From: a virus
Taxonomy: Duplodnaviria; Caudoviricetes
Strand: one strand, 5' to 3'
Length of the DNA: 28,165 nt
IMG/VR virus record: IMGVR_UViG_3300020045_003845
Span: 1 to 28,165 of that record
The notes beneath the pieces are model-generated. The model saw only the letters and a list, made by a program, of their open reading frames with translations, did no database searches and was not told the DNA's origin. Shown here one piece after another: positions 24,082-28,165 of this stretch (position 1 is its first letter; the number at the start of each line of letters is the position of its first letter). Position numbers and translations under genes: made by a program.

Positions 24082-24107
24082 ATTCGGGCAGCCGAAGCCA
24101 CCCGAAT
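24082..24107 (-). terminator. Hairpin, probable leaky terminator after the major capsid gene
   Basis: Minus strand ATTCGGGTGGC-TTCG-GCTGCCCGAAT followed by TTACTTT. Confidence 0.7.
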
Positions 24108-24124
24108 AAACCATGAAGTATCTA

Positions 24125-25348
24125 CTAAGTAGCGTGAGTTAATTTTTTAATCGCTGCTTGTGCGCCTGTTGAGCCAACATAGCGACCATCCCAACGCTTA
24201 AACATGAAGAACCCAATTTGATTGTATTGTGCATACAACTCTTCGGCTCTAATCATTGTAACCCCGGCTACATCACGCACGATGTAATGTTTAAAATCGC
24301 CAAACAATACGGAAATAGCACCTGCTCCAATCGCAGCCATGTCATTGTTGATTGTGTAACGGTGTCCTAAAATCATATCAGGTGCGCCCTCTCTTACAGA
24401 AGGTGTCCAAAGTGGCATGTCGAAATCTGTTCCTATTGATAATTTCACAATAGCCTTTTCGGTGCTATCGTTCATCATAAATGTTCCGTTTGCACGGTAT
24501 GCTTTGTCAACTGCATATTTTAAGTTAACCAAATCATCAAACGAGATAGCGGTTTGTGCTGCGTTTGTTACTCCCGTTCCGTCTGCTGCTACTGTTACAC
24601 CTTGTGGGTCTGTTGTTCCGCCTCCCAATGTGAAATCGTAGTTAGTACCACGTTGCATACGACCTGCGAAAGCCTCTGCAATAATTGCCTCTACGTTAAT
24701 TCCTGAGTCTTGGAATAACTGATGAGAAACACGGATAACTTTTGATTCGTAATTAAACGCTTTCAAAGTTGTTGACCCGAAAGTCATATCTTGCTCGTTC
24801 GATATTGTGTTTTCGGCAAGGATAGCAGCTTTAATAGCTGTATCGTTTGTTTTAGGCCACGGAATATCGTTACCCGTTGCTGTTGGTAAAATACGGGCAA
24901 CTTCACGAACGCCACCGCTGTATTTCAATGCCATGTCAACTTCGTAACTGAAACCCTCTGGAATCATGTAACCACCCGCTGACGGAGTTGTTGATTGCGC
25001 ACGCATTTCATTAACGATTTGCATTTCTTTTGCATTCAACCCTTTTTCTCCAACTTTCATAAATCTACGGAAAGCTGCACCTCGAACTTCTTTGGTTTCT
25101 TTTTGCTCGTCTGTGATGCCTCTTTTGCCTTCTGTTTCGGCTATTTCAGCATCCATTTTACGCTTGCGCTCAAATCTTTCAAGTGTTTGTTTTGCTCCGC
25201 TTGCGGTATCGTAAGCCGCATCAAATTTTACTTGCTCATCTGCTGTCATTGAGCGTTTTTCTGACCGTGCAAGGCCGTCCAATTCCTCAATAACTTTTAA
25301 CGCTCTGCCGCGTTCTTCGATTAATTGTTTTTCGTTTAAATCTTCCAT
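24125..25348 (-). CDS. HK97-family major capsid protein with N-terminal delta domain
   Basis: Coiled-coil N-terminus; GGYMIPE, VSHQLFQDS, G.GTTDPQG, ILGHRY, LFGDF, IGF...RWDG. Confidence 0.93.
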   Translation of the reverse strand: MEDLNEKQLIEERGRALKVIEELDGLARSEKRSMTADEQVKFDAAYDTASGAKQTLERFERKRKMDAEIAETEGKRGITDEQKETKEVRGAAFRRFMKVGEKGLNAKEMQIVNEMRAQSTTPSAGGYMIPEGFSYEVDMALKYSGGVREVARILPTATGNDIPWPKTNDTAIKAAILAENTISNEQDMTFGSTTLKAFNYESKVIRVSHQLFQDSGINVEAIIAEAFAGRMQRGTNYDFTLGGGTTDPQGVTVAADGTGVTNAAQTAISFDDLVNLKYAVDKAYRANGTFMMNDSTEKAIVKLSIGTDFDMPLWTPSVREGAPDMILGHRYTINNDMAAIGAGAISVLFGDFKHYIVRDVAGVTMIRAEELYAQYNQIGFFMFKRWDGRYVGSTGAQAAIKKLTHAT

Positions 25349-25358
25349 TTTTTTGTTG

Positions 25359-25991
25359 TTATAGTGATAAAATTTTTATTTTTCGTAATCTTTCTTCTGC
25401 TTCAATTTCGTGTGTATTGTCGATTTCTTCTTTCAAGACTTCATTCATTGAACGTAAGGCTATGCTTGTTGAAATTGATGTATTTTGATATGCTGGATAT
25501 GTTACGGGGCTTACATCGTATAACCTTTCAACTTTGATAATTTTACGTAGGTTGTTTTGGTTTGCTTCGCCTTTTTCAAAAGATTGTTCTTTGATTACGA
25601 ATGCAAATGAACTTTCTGAAATATCACCACGCTCAATAGAGTAGTAAAGGTTCATATGGTCGCTATTACGACTATCTAACCTTACACGATACCACAACCC
25701 AACACCATCAACTCCAATTTCTGCGGTCTTTGCTTTGGTTCTACCCAATAACATATTTTCATCGTGGTTTTTCAGCGCACGAACATCGTCTTGCAGCACA
25801 TTATCGAAAGCCCCTGGCATTATGATTTCACGCAAATAACCTAAGTCTGTTTCGCTGTTAAACTTCGCTGCATAACCAGTGATGAAATAATCTTCGGTTT
25901 CTCCTTCTGCTCTTTTTTCGGCTTTTGCATCCGTTAAAAAGTATCTGCGTTCACAGTCTTTAATGTCTTTTATATAATCTTTAATTTCCAT
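25359..25991 (-). CDS. HK97-family prohead protease
   Basis: ITGYAAKFN...EIIMPGAF...NHD...LGRT...RGDISESSFAF...LYDVSPVTYPAY. Confidence 0.93.
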   Translation of the reverse strand: MEIKDYIKDIKDCERRYFLTDAKAEKRAEGETEDYFITGYAAKFNSETDLGYLREIIMPGAFDNVLQDDVRALKNHDENMLLGRTKAKTAEIGVDGVGLWYRVRLDSRNSDHMNLYYSIERGDISESSFAFVIKEQSFEKGEANQNNLRKIIKVERLYDVSPVTYPAYQNTSISTSIALRSMNEVLKEEIDNTHEIEAEERLRKIKILSL

Positions 25992-27309
25992 GCTCGTTTT
26001 GTATTGATTGCTCGTTAATCATCTTTTCTATTTGCTCCAAAAATCCGATAGTGCGCTGTGTTGGTGGTTGCGACAATTTTAATTGTGATACTTTTTTAGC
26101 GTCTTCAATTGGCATCATGTTTACCGCAATAAATCTTTGCTCACCTCCTATAACTTGGTTTTCTCCGAATCTCTTGCGCCCTTCATTTATGCTAAACATA
26201 CCATTTTGAATGCCTTTTACAACAAAGTCCATTTGGCTATTCGCATCACCTTTTAAAAGGTCGCTAAAGTCATATCTTACTTCATGCGTTAATCGCATTG
26301 CTTCGGTTAAAATCTTGCTTTCATCCTCCCATTCAATCTCAGCAGTGTAGTCAGTTAATGTTTGGCTAACAAATTGAATTGATTGATGTTCGATATTGCT
26401 AAACGTTGCTCTTTCGAGGTCAGCAAGCATGTGTAAAGGAACGCCATAAATTGAGGCTATTTCTCTTACTCCGTATTGACGAGTAGCTAAAAATTGGGCT
26501 TCTTCTGGTGGTATTGAAAGCTGTGTAAACTGAGAGCCGTTACCTAAAACAGCTATATCGCCTTGGTTCGTTCCGCTTGTCTGCTCTTTCCAGCTTTGTT
26601 TGATTTGCGCTGCCGAAGTCGAGGTCAATGTATTGGGAACTGTAATAAATCCGCTTGGGATTGCACTATTTCCGAAGAAATTAGCACCATATGTTTCACT
26701 CGCAAGGTTAATTCCGATACTTTCAGCGTGTAATCTTATTGGTGATTTGCCCGCATACCCATCGGTTGATATTCCTTTTAAATGGTATATTTCGTAGGGC
26801 TTTAAAACGGTTGGTATTTCTGGGTATCTTGTATCTGAATTATAAAATAATAACTGTCCATCAATAAAAGTAGGCATAACAGCCCACGGGTAAAGAATAG
26901 TTCTTTTATAAACTTCTCCGTATTTATTTCTATGATTATAAGCGTATGCGTTACCCCATAACAGGCGGTAAGTCATCATTAACTTATCGAAATTGAATTT
27001 ATTATAAAGGTCGCTTGGTTGCTCTGAAAGTTGGTAGTAAATAGGATTTTTTTTATCCTTAATCAAATCTCCGTTTTCTTCTTCTTTTAAAAGATACTTA
27101 GGAACTTTTGCAATGTTGGTAGATATAATCCTAACACATGCGGCAACCGCTGTTAATTGTAGTGCTGTAAGTTCGTTTACCGCTTGTCCTGACTTGTTGC
27201 GAGGTGCAAACATATCCATAAACCATTGGGCTGGATAAGCAAGCCCACTCGTTTGGCTTCGCTTGCTCAGAAAACGGAAAGGGTTGCGTATTTCGATTTG
27301 CACATACAA
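25981..27309 (-). CDS. HK97-family portal protein
   Basis: ALQLTAVAACVRII...LWGNAY...G.SPI...FFGN...EAQFLATRQY...IASIYGVP...ATFSNIEHQ...SINEGR; exact start uncertain (TTG 27309 or GTG 27303). Confidence 0.93.
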   Translation of the reverse strand: MYVQIEIRNPFRFLSKRSQTSGLAYPAQWFMDMFAPRNKSGQAVNELTALQLTAVAACVRIISTNIAKVPKYLLKEEENGDLIKDKKNPIYYQLSEQPSDLYNKFNFDKLMMTYRLLWGNAYAYNHRNKYGEVYKRTILYPWAVMPTFIDGQLLFYNSDTRYPEIPTVLKPYEIYHLKGISTDGYAGKSPIRLHAESIGINLASETYGANFFGNSAIPSGFITVPNTLTSTSAAQIKQSWKEQTSGTNQGDIAVLGNGSQFTQLSIPPEEAQFLATRQYGVREIASIYGVPLHMLADLERATFSNIEHQSIQFVSQTLTDYTAEIEWEDESKILTEAMRLTHEVRYDFSDLLKGDANSQMDFVVKGIQNGMFSINEGRKRFGENQVIGGEQRFIAVNMMPIEDAKKVSQLKLSQPPTQRTIGFLEQIEKMINEQSIQNEHGN

Positions 27310-27351
27310 ATGTGCTAATCATTAATGGTTTTATTGGGGCATCATTAATGT

Positions 27352-28140
27352 CTATTTTAGTAAATCCTTAAAATATTTTGGTAGGGTTGTTTCTTCTGCT
27401 GTGATAACATCGAATGAAAATATATTTGTTTCGGTTTTTACATCACACAGTAGCACGGTTTCGGGTTCTATTACATTAAAATCAAACCCGTTTGAAGATA
27501 GTAGTTTTTGGGAATAACTATCCATGCCTTTCATTGCGGCTGGATTCCATAAATGAATAGTTTTTGTGTCGTTAATTAGGTTAGCGTGTCCGCTTTCAAT
27601 CCACGAGTTTGCTATTTTTTGCGGTACTTTTACGGGCCTGTTTCTATTCCATGTTTCCGTTCCGTTACTTAATTGAGTAAGTGGTTTAACTTCATGACAA
27701 ATCGCTGTTTGTTCTATTGCTTTTCGGCTTATCATTCTACCAGCACCTAATAAAGCCCCTCCGCTATACGTAAATAGTTTCGTTTTGCCGCTGTTTTGTT
27801 CGTGCATGTAACATTTATCTATTCCAAATATATCTTGTCCGTAATGTGGTTTGTATGCCTCGAAAATATCTGGGTGTATTAAATCATCACTCCCGATTTG
27901 CATAAGATAATCCCATTCGGATTTTAAAGCAATTGATAAAGCGTGATTAAGTTTTGCGCCTAATATATTTTCGTGTGAACAGTATTTGAACGAATACTTT
28001 TTAGCAAGTTTCTCATGATCGTATTCGCTACCAACGATTAGCGCATCAACATAGTCTGGCAACACATTTTTGAGTTGCTTGTAAACAAGTTCGGTTAGTT
28101 CAACCCTTTTCCAAACTGCAATAAGTAGGCATATTCTCAT
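27352..28140 (-). CDS. GT-A fold (GT2-like) glycosyltransferase with an internal insertion
   Basis: IAVWKR, VGSE, LGAKLN, DYLMQIGSDDL (DxD-like), GAGRMISR, KGMD. Confidence 0.75.
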   Translation of the reverse strand: MRICLLIAVWKRVELTELVYKQLKNVLPDYVDALIVGSEYDHEKLAKKYSFKYCSHENILGAKLNHALSIALKSEWDYLMQIGSDDLIHPDIFEAYKPHYGQDIFGIDKCYMHEQNSGKTKLFTYSGGALLGAGRMISRKAIEQTAICHEVKPLTQLSNGTETWNRNRPVKVPQKIANSWIESGHANLINDTKTIHLWNPAAMKGMDSYSQKLLSSNGFDFNVIEPETVLLCDVKTETNIFSFDVITAEETTLPKYFKDLLK

Positions 28141-28165
28141 TTCTTTGCTCGTTTATTTTTCTGTA

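Noticed and set aside
11276-27322. Opposite-strand or alternate-frame ORFs over late genes (e.g. 11276-11545, 13634-13912, 18204-18530, 20231-20914, 24417-25252, 27131-27322)
   Set aside because: They overlap confidently identified structural genes and look like shadow ORFs

Overview
A 28-kb segment of a tailed dsDNA phage with siphovirus-type architecture and an HK97-type head. The host is probably a Bacteroidota, judged from TTG-N19-TAnnTTTG promoters, A-rich translation starts without Shine-Dalgarno sequences and a signal peptide followed by Gln. The left arm (+ strand, 1-10903) carries early and replication genes: many small ORFs, a DnaA domain-IV HTH protein, an AAA_24/Sak4-like ATPase, a YqaJ exonuclease, an HD (p)ppGpp-hydrolase-like gene, a replication initiator, a DnaB/T7-gp4-like helicase and YopX. 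The right arm (- strand, 10900-28140) carries a glycosyltransferase, portal, protease, capsid, head-tail joining genes, two tail tube paralogs, frameshifted tail chaperones, tape measure, tail tip/fibre genes and lysis genes. The most notable observations are: (1) a promoter-to-terminator ncRNA unit inside the lysis module that encodes a tRNA with no anticodon arm and a close mimic of 16S rRNA helix 23, plus a second ncRNA cluster with a tRNA that has an enlarged anticodon loop; (2) a glycosyltransferase carrying an inserted copy of the small domain of the post-capsid protein, suggesting virion-docked glycosylation; (3) an inverted-repeat-flanked, integron-cassette-like HD gene that appears to split a small membrane gene; (4) a tail tube paralog with a lectin/spike-fibre-like domain inserted; (5) a leader peptide and long hairpin coupled to the replication initiator. 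All homology calls come from motif recognition only; no searches were run.
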